45,625 nucleotides of DNA, from positions 1 to 45,625 of the forward strand of contig CAYOMI010000001.1 of assembly GCA_964405005.1 (NCBI GenBank), written 5' to 3'. The notes beneath the pieces were generated by a model, which saw only the letters and a list, made by a program, of their open reading frames with translations, was not told the origin of the DNA and ran no database searches. The position numbers and the translations under genes are program-made. This DNA comes from an uncultured Planctomycetales bacterium (GTDB lineage Bacteria; Omnitrophota; Gorgyraeia; Gygaellales; Profunditerraquicolaceae). This document shows positions 33,830 through 41,697 of this stretch, one piece after another; positions within the stretch are counted from its first letter, which is position 1, and each line of letters starts with the position of its first letter.

Positions 33830-34978
33830 ATGTTTACAAAAAGAGCTAAAATAGCGCTGTTTAAAGGAATAGTTACTAAGCGGGCCCCTATTTACGTTCA
33901 ATTTTCAGTTACAAAAAATTGTAATCTTAAATGTAGAATGTGCAATTCTTCCGTATCGAGAAAAAGAGAGAGGGAATTAGCGCTTACGGAAATTAAAAAG
34001 ATAGCCGATACCTTAGAGAAGATAAAGGTAGGAATAATTTTAATCACGGGAGGAGAACCTTTTTTACGCGATGATATCGTTGAGATAATTCGCATTTTTT
34101 CTAAAAAAGGATTTACGGTCCGCCTCCAGACAAATGGTATCTTAGCTACGGAAGATAAAATTAAGTCAGCATGCGAGGCCGGCATGAAGGAAGTTACAAT
34201 ATCCTTGGATTCGCTGATCCCGGAAGTGCATGATGCCATAACCGGACAAAAAGAATCGTGGAATAAGGTTATCGAATCAATATCCCGTTTTTCCAGGATA
34301 TTGCCTTGTAAAAATACAATCCTCGGTATAAATACCCTCGCCTGCCGACAAAATCTTCATGAATTAACCGATATAATTAAGTTCGCAACTAAAATCGGAT
34401 TCTACTCTTCATTGATACCAGTCCATACGGTAACCTCGTTATCAAGCGGCGAGTTTGTAATTCGGAAAGAAGCCCCTGGTTTTTCTTTTCAAAAGGAAGA
34501 TTTTTCCGGTATTGATAGCGTCTATAGAGAAATTATCAGAATGAAAAAAAACAATTATAATATATATAATTCTTATCGATTTTTACGAAATACTCCGCAA
34601 TTTTTGAAAGGCAATAGAATAAACTGGCGTTGTGATAGCCCGTATCTTTATTTTGCCATAAGCCCTTCCGGAAACTTTTTACCCTGCGTAGACATCAAGA
34701 CCTCCATTTCAATGCTGGATGACAATTTTGTTAATTTATATAATTCTTCAGCTTTTCGATCCCGGATTCGGGAAAGGGTAGAAAATTGCAAAGGTTGTTT
34801 TTATGCCTGTTGGCCGGAGATTACTTTTTTTTGCAGGGATCTGCTGGTGCTTGCCGAAAGGGTGATTTTTGGCATGAAGGCAGCATTAAAAAACCGCACG
34901 GCTGTAACTTATGAAGGTTGCTTAGAAATTATAAAAGCAATAAAAGCAGGAAAAGAAGATAAGGCAAAGATAGCTTAA
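33830..34978 (+). CDS. Radical SAM protein with C-terminal auxiliary Cys cluster (SPASM/twitch-like)
   Basis: Core VTKNCNLKCRMCNS, then ITGGEPFLRDD and QTNGILA. The C-terminus reads WRCDSPYLYFAISPSGNFLPCVD...CKGCFYACW. It is not closely similar to the type S paralogs upstream. Confidence 0.82.
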   Translation: MFTKRAKIALFKGIVTKRAPIYVQFSVTKNCNLKCRMCNSSVSRKRERELALTEIKKIADTLEKIKVGIILITGGEPFLRDDIVEIIRIFSKKGFTVRLQTNGILATEDKIKSACEAGMKEVTISLDSLIPEVHDAITGQKESWNKVIESISRFSRILPCKNTILGINTLACRQNLHELTDIIKFATKIGFYSSLIPVHTVTSLSSGEFVIRKEAPGFSFQKEDFSGIDSVYREIIRMKKNNYNIYNSYRFLRNTPQFLKGNRINWRCDSPYLYFAISPSGNFLPCVDIKTSISMLDDNFVNLYNSSAFRSRIRERVENCKGCFYACWPEITFFCRDLLVLAERVIFGMKAALKNRTAVTYEGCLEIIKAIKAGKEDKAKIA

Positions 34979-34983
34979 CTTAA

Positions 34984-35094
34984 AAGGGGGTTGCCGAAAA
35001 ACTGCGTAAAGCAAAAGTGCTTGTGGAGCGCCGGGAGGCAGAATATAATACAATCAGGATGCATAGTTCGTTGGACTATCAGCCTCCTATTTGA
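34984..35094 (+). pseudogene. Remnant of the C-terminus of an IS3-family (rve/DDE integrase-type) transposase
   Basis: Translation reads KGVAEKLRKAKVLVERREAEYNTIRMHSSLDYQPPI*. It matches the conserved extreme C-terminus of IS3-type transposases (..A..L.E.W...YN..RPHSSLGY.PP..). The match is degenerate: RPH has become RMH and GY has become DY. No upstream catalytic domain, start codon or inverted repeats are present. Confidence 0.65.
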
Positions 35095-35213
35095 TTAAAA
35101 AATAAGGGCATATTCATTACGAGAGGAGGTGTTTAAAATGTAAAAAATGCCGTGTCCTTAAGAAGTTTTGGCAGTGGCGGTACAATCATTTTATTTGTAA
35201 AAGGGGGTATGAA

Positions 35214-35876
35214 ATGCTTAAAAATAAATATTATGTGATATCAGCAGTTTTAATATTCAGCGCGCTAGTAATTTTAGCCTTTAATGTTATTCAAAAGAGT
35301 TCTACGAAAGTCCCCCCCACTCAAATTAAAAAAGAATATTTAGGAAAACAAGCGGAAATTCCGTTAACGCCAGAGCATAAGGCTAAGTTAATATTACAAT
35401 ATTTAAACGATGGTAAAAATGACCTCGCAATAAAGTTAGCAAAAGAATATCTGCAATCCAACCCGAATGACACCTCTATTATTAATGCGTTAACCGAAGC
35501 GTATATAAACAAAGATGATTTATCTCCCGCCGAAGACACTGTTAAAAAAGCAATAGCAATGAAACCGAATGAACCATGGTCGTGTAGATTATTGGCGCAA
35601 ATATACCGGCTAAAAGCTCTAAAAAACCCTACCACCAGAAGTGCCAATCTTGCTTTAGCATTAGAACAAATAGAAAGAGGATTAACTTCAAACCCCGACG
35701 ATGTACGGCTTTTAGTTGAGGCAGCTCAAGTATATTCAACGCAAGGTGATAAGGTTAAAGCAAATGAAAAGATAGATAGAGCGCTTAGCATCGACCCGAA
35801 AAATGCTGACATCAGATTCATGAAGGAGAAAATGAACCCGAAGGAGAAAAGCCCGAAGGAGAAAATAAAGCCATAA
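35214..35876 (+). CDS. TPR-repeat protein with N-terminal signal anchor
   Basis: AAGGGGG lies 6 nt upstream of the ATG. Hydrophobic N-terminus YYVISAVLIFSALVILAFNVI. It has 3-4 TPR-like units (LAIKLAKEYLQSNPND, AEDTVKKAIAMKPNEPWSCRLLAQIY, ALEQIERGLTSNPDDVRLLVEAAQVY, KANEKIDRALSIDPKNA). Lys/Glu/Pro-rich tail NPKEKSPKEKIKP. Confidence 0.75.
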   Translation: MLKNKYYVISAVLIFSALVILAFNVIQKSSTKVPPTQIKKEYLGKQAEIPLTPEHKAKLILQYLNDGKNDLAIKLAKEYLQSNPNDTSIINALTEAYINKDDLSPAEDTVKKAIAMKPNEPWSCRLLAQIYRLKALKNPTTRSANLALALEQIERGLTSNPDDVRLLVEAAQVYSTQGDKVKANEKIDRALSIDPKNADIRFMKEKMNPKEKSPKEKIKP

Positions 35877-36056
35877 TACTCCTTATTCTTGTATCGAGGC
35901 TATAAATAACCGTTGCATTTGAGTCCCAATTACTAAAGATGGTCTCTTGGCCAATATAGATCTTTAGTTAAAGCGTTTCAATTTTAAACTTTTTTTGATT
36001 ACCCGCATACATCTAATATTAAAGTTTAGATATTCTTAACTAAAGTCCGCGATTAA

Positions 36057-36626
36057 ATGAAAAAAATATTTAAAAAAATAGGAAGAATTTTTATCACTTT
36101 CAATCAAGAAGAAGGCAAGGTTTTAAAACGGCCGGTTTTAATAGTAGATAATGGATATGCCCCCTGCGAGCATCTGCACTCTACGGTGACAGAAACAAAA
36201 CGGCGCATTCCGGATTCGGATGTTTCTATTCTGGCGTTAAAGCATAGAAGAGGATTTCTCCGGGAAAAGTTTTCTGACCTTGAGATTATCCATCCAGATG
36301 AACAGATTAGGATTAAGAGATATGCGCTAGCGATCCAGATGTTTAAAATGCGCAAGAGAAGTTACGATTTTGTAATCTTGATGTCTCTGGATATAACGCC
36401 AACCATGGTTGCCGTTCTGTTTATGAATAGTAAAGTATTGTTATATAACCAGTGGCATCAGTGGTGGGAGCTTAAATTTAAATCAATAAGATTTTATTCA
36501 ATAGGATTTTTCCAGTTTATTTATAATATTATAATTTTCCCTTATCTTTTAGTTAGTGTTCTTTTGGTATTTTTGCGGTGGTTAATCAATATCTTTAGAT
36601 TCGGCCTTTCCAAAAGGAGGTCTTAG
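36057..36626 (+). CDS. Hypothetical protein with C-terminal hydrophobic helix
   Basis: 189-aa ORF in the co-directional array. C-terminal hydrophobic stretch FFQFIYNIIIFPYLLVSVLLVFLRWLI. The N-terminal part (PVLIVDNG...DVSILALKH...YDFVILMSLD) is faintly reminiscent of a GT9-like Rossmann half, which is not enough for a call. Confidence 0.45.
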   Translation: MKKIFKKIGRIFITFNQEEGKVLKRPVLIVDNGYAPCEHLHSTVTETKRRIPDSDVSILALKHRRGFLREKFSDLEIIHPDEQIRIKRYALAIQMFKMRKRSYDFVILMSLDITPTMVAVLFMNSKVLLYNQWHQWWELKFKSIRFYSIGFFQFIYNIIIFPYLLVSVLLVFLRWLINIFRFGLSKRRS

Positions 36627-36632
36627 GGAATT

Positions 36633-37691
36633 ATGGAAATTGATGTCAGGCAGTTCAGTTCGGATAAAATCCTTAAACACTTAGACCGCGTTAATGAATG
36701 GTTAAGAGGCGGGAATCCGCCGCCTATTACTGTCGAGTTAGATATGACCAACCTTTGTAACCACAAGTGCCCTGAATGTTCGGGTTGGTATTTCCAGAAT
36801 AGAAGTCACGATTCCTTATCTTATGATTTGGCCGAAGATATAATAAAGCAATTGGCTAAGATAAAGGTTCGCGGTCTCATCTTTACCGGCGGAGGAGAGC
36901 CGCTTTGCCATCCCGATATCGCCAAGATAGTAAAATTAGCACACAGCTTAGGCTTGGATATCGGCTTTATTACTAACGGGTCGCTTATTACTGAAAAAAT
37001 TAGCAAAGACCTTCTAAGCTGTTGCAGGTGGCTAAGGATTTCTCTTGACGCCGCCTCTGCCGAAACTTTTAAGAAAGTTCATGGCATGAACACAGGCGCT
37101 TTTTATAAGATAATCGATAACATCCAATTATTAATAGCTATGAAAAAATGCCTTAATAGTTCTACAACAATAGGAATAGGTTACCTTACCAGTAATTATA
37201 CTGATGATGAAATGTTGGAAGCAACCAAATTATGCAAAAGATTGAATGTCGATTATTTACAATTCAGGCCGATGCAGATACACAATAATGGTAAATTTGA
37301 ATATCACTTGTCAGACATTAGCGGCAATATCCATAGATGCATTAATGAAAGCGCAGATGGCTTCAAGGTTCTATACTCAAAGCATAAATACGATATGATG
37401 AAAGATAAAAAATACGGCCGTAATTATACGAAATGCTACGGACATCAATTTGCCACCGTAATTGCCGCCGATGGCAAGGTATATTTATGTTGCCATATGC
37501 GAGGACACGATAAATATTGCCTTGGAGATTTGAATAAAAATACGTTTGAAGAAATCTGGAGTTCCGAACAGAGAAAAATAATAGCTGAGAATATCGACTT
37601 TAACGATTGCGTTCCTCTCTGCCGGGACAACACCTTTAACCAGATACTCTGGAATATCAAACAACCCCGCGAACACGTAAATTTTTTATAA
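36633..37691 (+). CDS. Radical SAM protein with C-terminal Cys-rich region
   Basis: AAAGGAGG RBS upstream. Core DMTNLCNHKCPECSGW, then FTGGGEPLCHPD and ITNGSL. The C-terminus reads CYGHQFATVIAADGKVYLCCHMRGHDKYCLGDL...FNDCVPLC. Confidence 0.8.
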   Translation: MEIDVRQFSSDKILKHLDRVNEWLRGGNPPPITVELDMTNLCNHKCPECSGWYFQNRSHDSLSYDLAEDIIKQLAKIKVRGLIFTGGGEPLCHPDIAKIVKLAHSLGLDIGFITNGSLITEKISKDLLSCCRWLRISLDAASAETFKKVHGMNTGAFYKIIDNIQLLIAMKKCLNSSTTIGIGYLTSNYTDDEMLEATKLCKRLNVDYLQFRPMQIHNNGKFEYHLSDISGNIHRCINESADGFKVLYSKHKYDMMKDKKYGRNYTKCYGHQFATVIAADGKVYLCCHMRGHDKYCLGDLNKNTFEEIWSSEQRKIIAENIDFNDCVPLCRDNTFNQILWNIKQPREHVNFL

Positions 37692-37749
37692 TCAGTATAA
37701 TTATCTTTTTGATACTCTCGAAGCATGTTGAGTTGAAGCGGATAACGCC

Positions 37750-39423
37750 ATGAAATTGGCATTAATTCAGGCACCGTGTTGGGGAATATCATGCCCCCCA
37801 TACGGACTGGCAGTTTTGGCGGCTTATTTAAGAGATAAAGGGCATCAGGTCTATATAAAAGATTTAAATATAGAATTCTATCATGAAAGAACCGATGAAT
37901 ATATAGATGCATGGAAGCCAGAGAATACCCATTTATGGGTAAACCCCAGATTAGTTTCCAATTTCATTTTCGACTATAATCAGATAATAGATAAAAAAGT
38001 TGAAGATATTCTTAATACCGAAGCAAGCTTAATTGGTTTTTCTATTCACTGCTCCTCAGAACACATGGCTAAAGAAATAGCGAGGAGGGTTAAAGAAAAA
38101 GACAGAAAAAAAATTATCGTTTTTGGAGGGCCTCAGGCTAGCCGCGTAAATAGCGGTTTTAAATTAGCAGCATCAGATTACATTGACTTTGTGGTGCAGG
38201 GCGAAGGGGAAATAACATTCGGGGAAATAGTTAAAGAAATAGAAGGTAAAGAAAAAATGGGCTTTTGTAGCGGAACAATTTTAAAGCACAATGGAAAGGT
38301 GATTGATTGCGGAGACAGGGAATTAATTTCTGATTTGGACTCTCTGCCTTTTGCTGATTTTAAGGATTTTGATTTTTCAGAATACTCTGAACCATTTAGA
38401 TTACCCGCATCTTTAAGCAGGGGCTGCCCCAATAGATGCATCTTTTGTAATGAGAAGCCATATTGGGGAATTTTTAGAACCAGAAAAGCAGAAAAAATAT
38501 TTTTAGAAATAAAATACCAAATAGCAAAGATAGGGCAAATTTCTTATATAGATTTTCATGATTCATTGATCAATGGTAATACCAAAGAATTAGAAAGATT
38601 ATGCGATTTAATCATTGCGGAAGGACGGAAAGTCAGGTGGGGCGGCCAGGCGGCGGTATCCAAATACATGTCATATGATTTATTGCTAAAAATGAAGAAA
38701 GCGGGGTGTATTTGTTTGAACTACGGTCTTGAAACAGGTTCACATAAGGTGATGCGGGATATCGGGAAGCTCTTAGCTGAAGATGCAGATATAGATAAGA
38801 TTGTAAAAGATACCCATAATGCAGGGATAGAGTGCATATTGAATTTTATGTTTGGTTTTCCTGGCGAAAGAGAAGAAGATTTCCAGGAGACCTTAGAATT
38901 TCTTAATCGAAATAAAGATTATATTGATATGGTTATCCCCAGTCCTGGTTTTTGTGCTTTTGATAAAGGCAGCTATGCCTACGAACATCCGGATGAATTC
39001 GATATAATACTTGGCGAATGCGGAGCACTATGGGAATCAAAAGACGGAACAAATAACTATGCAGCAAGGCTGGAAAAATTTGAAAGATTCTTAAGAAGGA
39101 CAAATGAATTAGGCATCAAGAATCTATATCCAGATACCCAGGTGAATATCCGCGATACGGTTTTAGGGCACTATTATTTCACAAAGAAAGAATGGGGTAT
39201 GGCAATTTTACATTTAAAGGAAGCAGTAAAACAGCAGCCTAGAAACGAATCAAATTGGATTTATCTGGCAAAAAGCCTAGCTTTTTCAGGAGCTAAAGAA
39301 AGAGCTGGGGAATGTTTTAAAGAGGTGACTAAAATCCAATTAGCCAAGGATGATTTAAGGGGCGCGCAGGAGATTAAAGAGGAAGCGAAAAACCTGGGCG
39401 TAGAAATAGGCGATGAATATTAA
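37750..39423 (+). CDS. Cobalamin-binding-domain (class B) radical SAM protein, clade I, with C-terminal TPR extension
   Basis: MKLALIQAPCWG, FGGPQASRV, VQGEGEITFGEI, core SRGCPNRCIFCNE, GLETGSHKV and MFGFPGEREEDF. The TPR-like C-terminus is VLGHYYFTKKEWGMAILHLKEAVKQQPRNESNWIYLAKSLAFSGAKERAGECF. Confidence 0.86.
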   Translation: MKLALIQAPCWGISCPPYGLAVLAAYLRDKGHQVYIKDLNIEFYHERTDEYIDAWKPENTHLWVNPRLVSNFIFDYNQIIDKKVEDILNTEASLIGFSIHCSSEHMAKEIARRVKEKDRKKIIVFGGPQASRVNSGFKLAASDYIDFVVQGEGEITFGEIVKEIEGKEKMGFCSGTILKHNGKVIDCGDRELISDLDSLPFADFKDFDFSEYSEPFRLPASLSRGCPNRCIFCNEKPYWGIFRTRKAEKIFLEIKYQIAKIGQISYIDFHDSLINGNTKELERLCDLIIAEGRKVRWGGQAAVSKYMSYDLLLKMKKAGCICLNYGLETGSHKVMRDIGKLLAEDADIDKIVKDTHNAGIECILNFMFGFPGEREEDFQETLEFLNRNKDYIDMVIPSPGFCAFDKGSYAYEHPDEFDIILGECGALWESKDGTNNYAARLEKFERFLRRTNELGIKNLYPDTQVNIRDTVLGHYYFTKKEWGMAILHLKEAVKQQPRNESNWIYLAKSLAFSGAKERAGECFKEVTKIQLAKDDLRGAQEIKEEAKNLGVEIGDEY

Positions 39424-40471
39424 AAAATTCTCCTTCGCTTTGTTAACTACAGTTGCCACGGTAGCAATACTTACTGCATTATTATATTTTTTGGGATTAA
39501 CGTTAGTCAACCCTAAAAAGCCGTCTCTCAGCGTCGCTTATCCTACAAATACCTTGTATTTACCAGCACAAAATTTAGGTTTTCTGCGTTATCAGTTTAG
39601 TCCTCATTTTACAGGGAAGGAATGGAACACAAATTTTTCTATTAATTCCTTCGGTTTCAGGGGTCCAGAATTTGAATTTGCCAAACCAGCGAACACAATA
39701 AGAGTGTTATGCTTAGGAGATTCCTGCACTTTTGGCACGGGAGGATTAGCGGATTCAGATACTTATCCCGTCCTTTTGGAAGGATTATTAAATAAAGATC
39801 AGAACGCAAGGAATTTCGAAGTTATAAATGCCGGAATGCCGGGATTCTCAGTCTATGACGGTTTTATCTTATTGAAACAAAGACAATTAATGAATCTAAA
39901 GCCCGATTTTATTATTATTTGTTATGGCTGGAATGACCATATGGGGGCCGCGATAAATGATAATATAAAATCCTATAAAAGGCTTATTAATACATTCATC
40001 TGGCAACATGTACGTTTTCATTCATTACTTTGGTATATTTTGACTAAAAAGTATAAAAATTCCGAGGTCCAAAATTACTTAGAGCCTAAAAATACATATA
40101 GAGTTACTAGGAGCCAATATGAATATTATTTATCTAAAATTATTGATTTAGCCGGCAGCAATAATTCAAAAGTGTTAGTAATGACGGCTCCATGGGAACC
40201 CAGGCTCATGAGCAGTAATGTTGGTTGGTTAATAGAAAGCACCCTAGTATCATTTTATTTACATCCTGCCTATGTTAATTTGACAAAGAAAGTTTCTTAT
40301 GAAAAAGGCGCAGTATTAATAGACCTGTATTTAATATATGAGTCGGAGAAAACAGATAATCCTCGTGATTTTTTTGTTGACCCTTTTCATTATAACAGGA
40401 ACTTGGCATTTATGATTGCTGCGGAGATATCCAGGGTGATTTACAAAATCACAGATAAAGCGCAGTTATAG
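39413..40471 (+). CDS. Membrane-anchored SGNH/GDSL-family hydrolase
   Basis: Anchor FALLTTVATVAILTALLYFLGL. Block I IRVLCLGDSCTFGTG, block II NAGMPGFS, block III CYGWNDH, block V-like FVDPFHYN. The ATG at 39413 overlaps the upstream gene by 11 nt. Confidence 0.8.
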   Translation: MNIKKFSFALLTTVATVAILTALLYFLGLTLVNPKKPSLSVAYPTNTLYLPAQNLGFLRYQFSPHFTGKEWNTNFSINSFGFRGPEFEFAKPANTIRVLCLGDSCTFGTGGLADSDTYPVLLEGLLNKDQNARNFEVINAGMPGFSVYDGFILLKQRQLMNLKPDFIIICYGWNDHMGAAINDNIKSYKRLINTFIWQHVRFHSLLWYILTKKYKNSEVQNYLEPKNTYRVTRSQYEYYLSKIIDLAGSNNSKVLVMTAPWEPRLMSSNVGWLIESTLVSFYLHPAYVNLTKKVSYEKGAVLIDLYLIYESEKTDNPRDFFVDPFHYNRNLAFMIAAEISRVIYKITDKAQL

Positions 40472-40512
40472 CAATGGAATATATCCAATAAATTTATATC
40501 AGGTTGTTATCT

Positions 40513-40718
40513 ATGGGGGTTAAAGAATCGCTGTAGGGTCGTATTGGTTACCTGCCCACAATATGTAGTATTGCATCCCCTCATCTTTGGCTTATCTGGC
40601 TGCGACTTTGAGGAACCAAAAAGGCCATGAAGTCGTATCATTGAATTTGAGTATCTGGGTGTTTAATGAATTCCCGGAAGGAGAAAGAGAATTTATTGAT
40701 GTAACTGCCAGTTTATGA
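40513..40718 (+). pseudogene. Frameshifted N-terminal fragment of a clade II cobalamin-binding-type radical SAM gene
   Basis: Three frames together read MGVKESL* / RVVLVTCPQYVVLHPLIFG / LAYLAATLRNQKGHEVVSLNLSIWVFNEFPEGEREFIDVTASL*. The joined sequence aligns with the N-terminus of 31317..32684 (NIVITRPKYYTHLITPPLGMAYVASYLRQNNFKVHLMDA). Only about 60 codons remain, with at least 2 frame disruptions and a premature stop. Confidence 0.6.
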
Positions 40719-40809
40719 ATCCGTAAGGCAAGGTTCACCTACTTCAATAAGCATATAGCCTCTTACGACGGTAAAAGCAGCCGAGAGTGAAAGCCTTTTT
40801 ATAATCAAT

Positions 40810-41691
40810 ATGCAAAGCGCAAAGAAAAAGGTCTGCATTATTAAACTGGATGGGATAGGGGATGTTTTGCGGACTACGCCTATTTTATGGAATTTCTCCC
40901 AAGATGAGGTGAGCTGGATTACTGAGAAAGCGTCTCTTCCCTTGTTGCAAAACAACCCTTTCATAAAAACAGTTATCCCTGTTGCTTCGATTTCGGACGG
41001 GCACAGTCTTGTATTTGATGAATTATATAATTTTGATGAAGATAATAAAGCCTGTTTACTAACTACTGCCATAAGGGCAGCAAGAAAAAAAGGGTATGGC
41101 TTTAAGGATGGCAGCTATTTTCCATTTGATTCAGATTCCGAATACGCCTATGAATTATCCAAAAATGATGAGTTAAAGTTTAAATCGAACAAGAAAACAT
41201 ACCAACAGATAATATTCGAGATGGCAGGTTTCAAATGGAAAGGCGAAGATTATATTCTGGGCTGTAAGCTCAACAATAAAATTCAATATGAAGTAGGTAT
41301 AAATTACCTTGTAGGCGGCAAATTCCCTAACAAGTCTTGGCCTCGCTGGAAAGAACTGATGGATAGGTTAGATTCTGCTTCTCTTCAACAGCAGCTTGAG
41401 ACCTTAGAAGAATATATTGATTGGATAAATAGCTGTCGGATTATTGTAACAGGCGACTCACTAGGAATGCATATTGCGCTAGCATTGAAAAAGAAAGTCA
41501 TTATTCTTATGGGCTCAACTAGTTGGAATGAAATCGAAACTTATAATCGAGGAGTCATAGTGAGATCGCAATTGCCGTGTTCACCGTGCTATAAAAAAAG
41601 TAAATGCAAAATAACCCCTTCTTGCATGGATTTAATAACTCCTGAGATAGTATATTCTGAGATAATAAAAACGGAAGAGGCTGAATACTAG
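40810..41691 (+). CDS. Glycosyltransferase family 9 (heptosyltransferase-like)
   Basis: N-terminal KVCIIKLDGIGDVLRTTPIL and C-terminal IIVTGDSLGMHIALALKKKVIILMGSTS match the two GT9 signature regions. At 293 aa it is somewhat short for the family. Confidence 0.78.
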   Translation: MQSAKKKVCIIKLDGIGDVLRTTPILWNFSQDEVSWITEKASLPLLQNNPFIKTVIPVASISDGHSLVFDELYNFDEDNKACLLTTAIRAARKKGYGFKDGSYFPFDSDSEYAYELSKNDELKFKSNKKTYQQIIFEMAGFKWKGEDYILGCKLNNKIQYEVGINYLVGGKFPNKSWPRWKELMDRLDSASLQQQLETLEEYIDWINSCRIIVTGDSLGMHIALALKKKVIILMGSTSWNEIETYNRGVIVRSQLPCSPCYKKSKCKITPSCMDLITPEIVYSEIIKTEEAEY

Positions 41692-41697
41692 AGGACA

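Noticed and set aside
35830-35876. The short KEK/PKEK repeat at the C-terminus of the TPR protein (NPKEKSPKEKIKP).
   Set aside because: It is only two imperfect units, consistent with a low-complexity charged tail rather than a functional repeat.
35932-35968. Inverted repeat actaaagat-N19-atctttagt downstream of the TPR gene, considered as a possible terminator.
   Set aside because: The stem is 9 bp and AT-rich, the loop is large at 19 nt, and no immediate T-tract follows. That is too weak to call a rho-independent terminator.
35995-36022. Sigma-70-like promoter candidate TTGATT-N16-TATTAA upstream of 36057.
   Set aside because: Such hexamers arise frequently by chance in AT-rich intergenic DNA. 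The host's sigma-factor specificity is unknown and no supporting data are available.
1-40471. Assigning the island to a known rSAM-rich pathway. Candidates considered were hopanoid methylation, GDGT/tetraether or ladderane lipid tailoring, bacteriochlorophyll, and nitrogenase-like cofactor clusters.
   Set aside because: None of the diagnostic partner genes is present in the window. Missing genes include squalene-hopene cyclase, prenyl/GGGP synthases, fatty-acid/ladderane-type genes, tetrapyrrole enzymes and NifH/D-like proteins. Motif inspection alone cannot establish orthology to HpnP/R, Tes/Grs or BchE. These remain hypotheses to test.
34979-40809. Search for a RiPP-type precursor peptide in the three larger intergenic gaps. 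Candidates seen include MPCP* near 35148, and MEYIQ* and MGVKESL* near 40474-40536.
   Set aside because: Only 4-7-codon ORFs are present, without an RBS. One of them is part of the rSAM pseudogene stub. There is no leader/core-like sequence and no repeated Cys/Ser/Thr-rich peptide.
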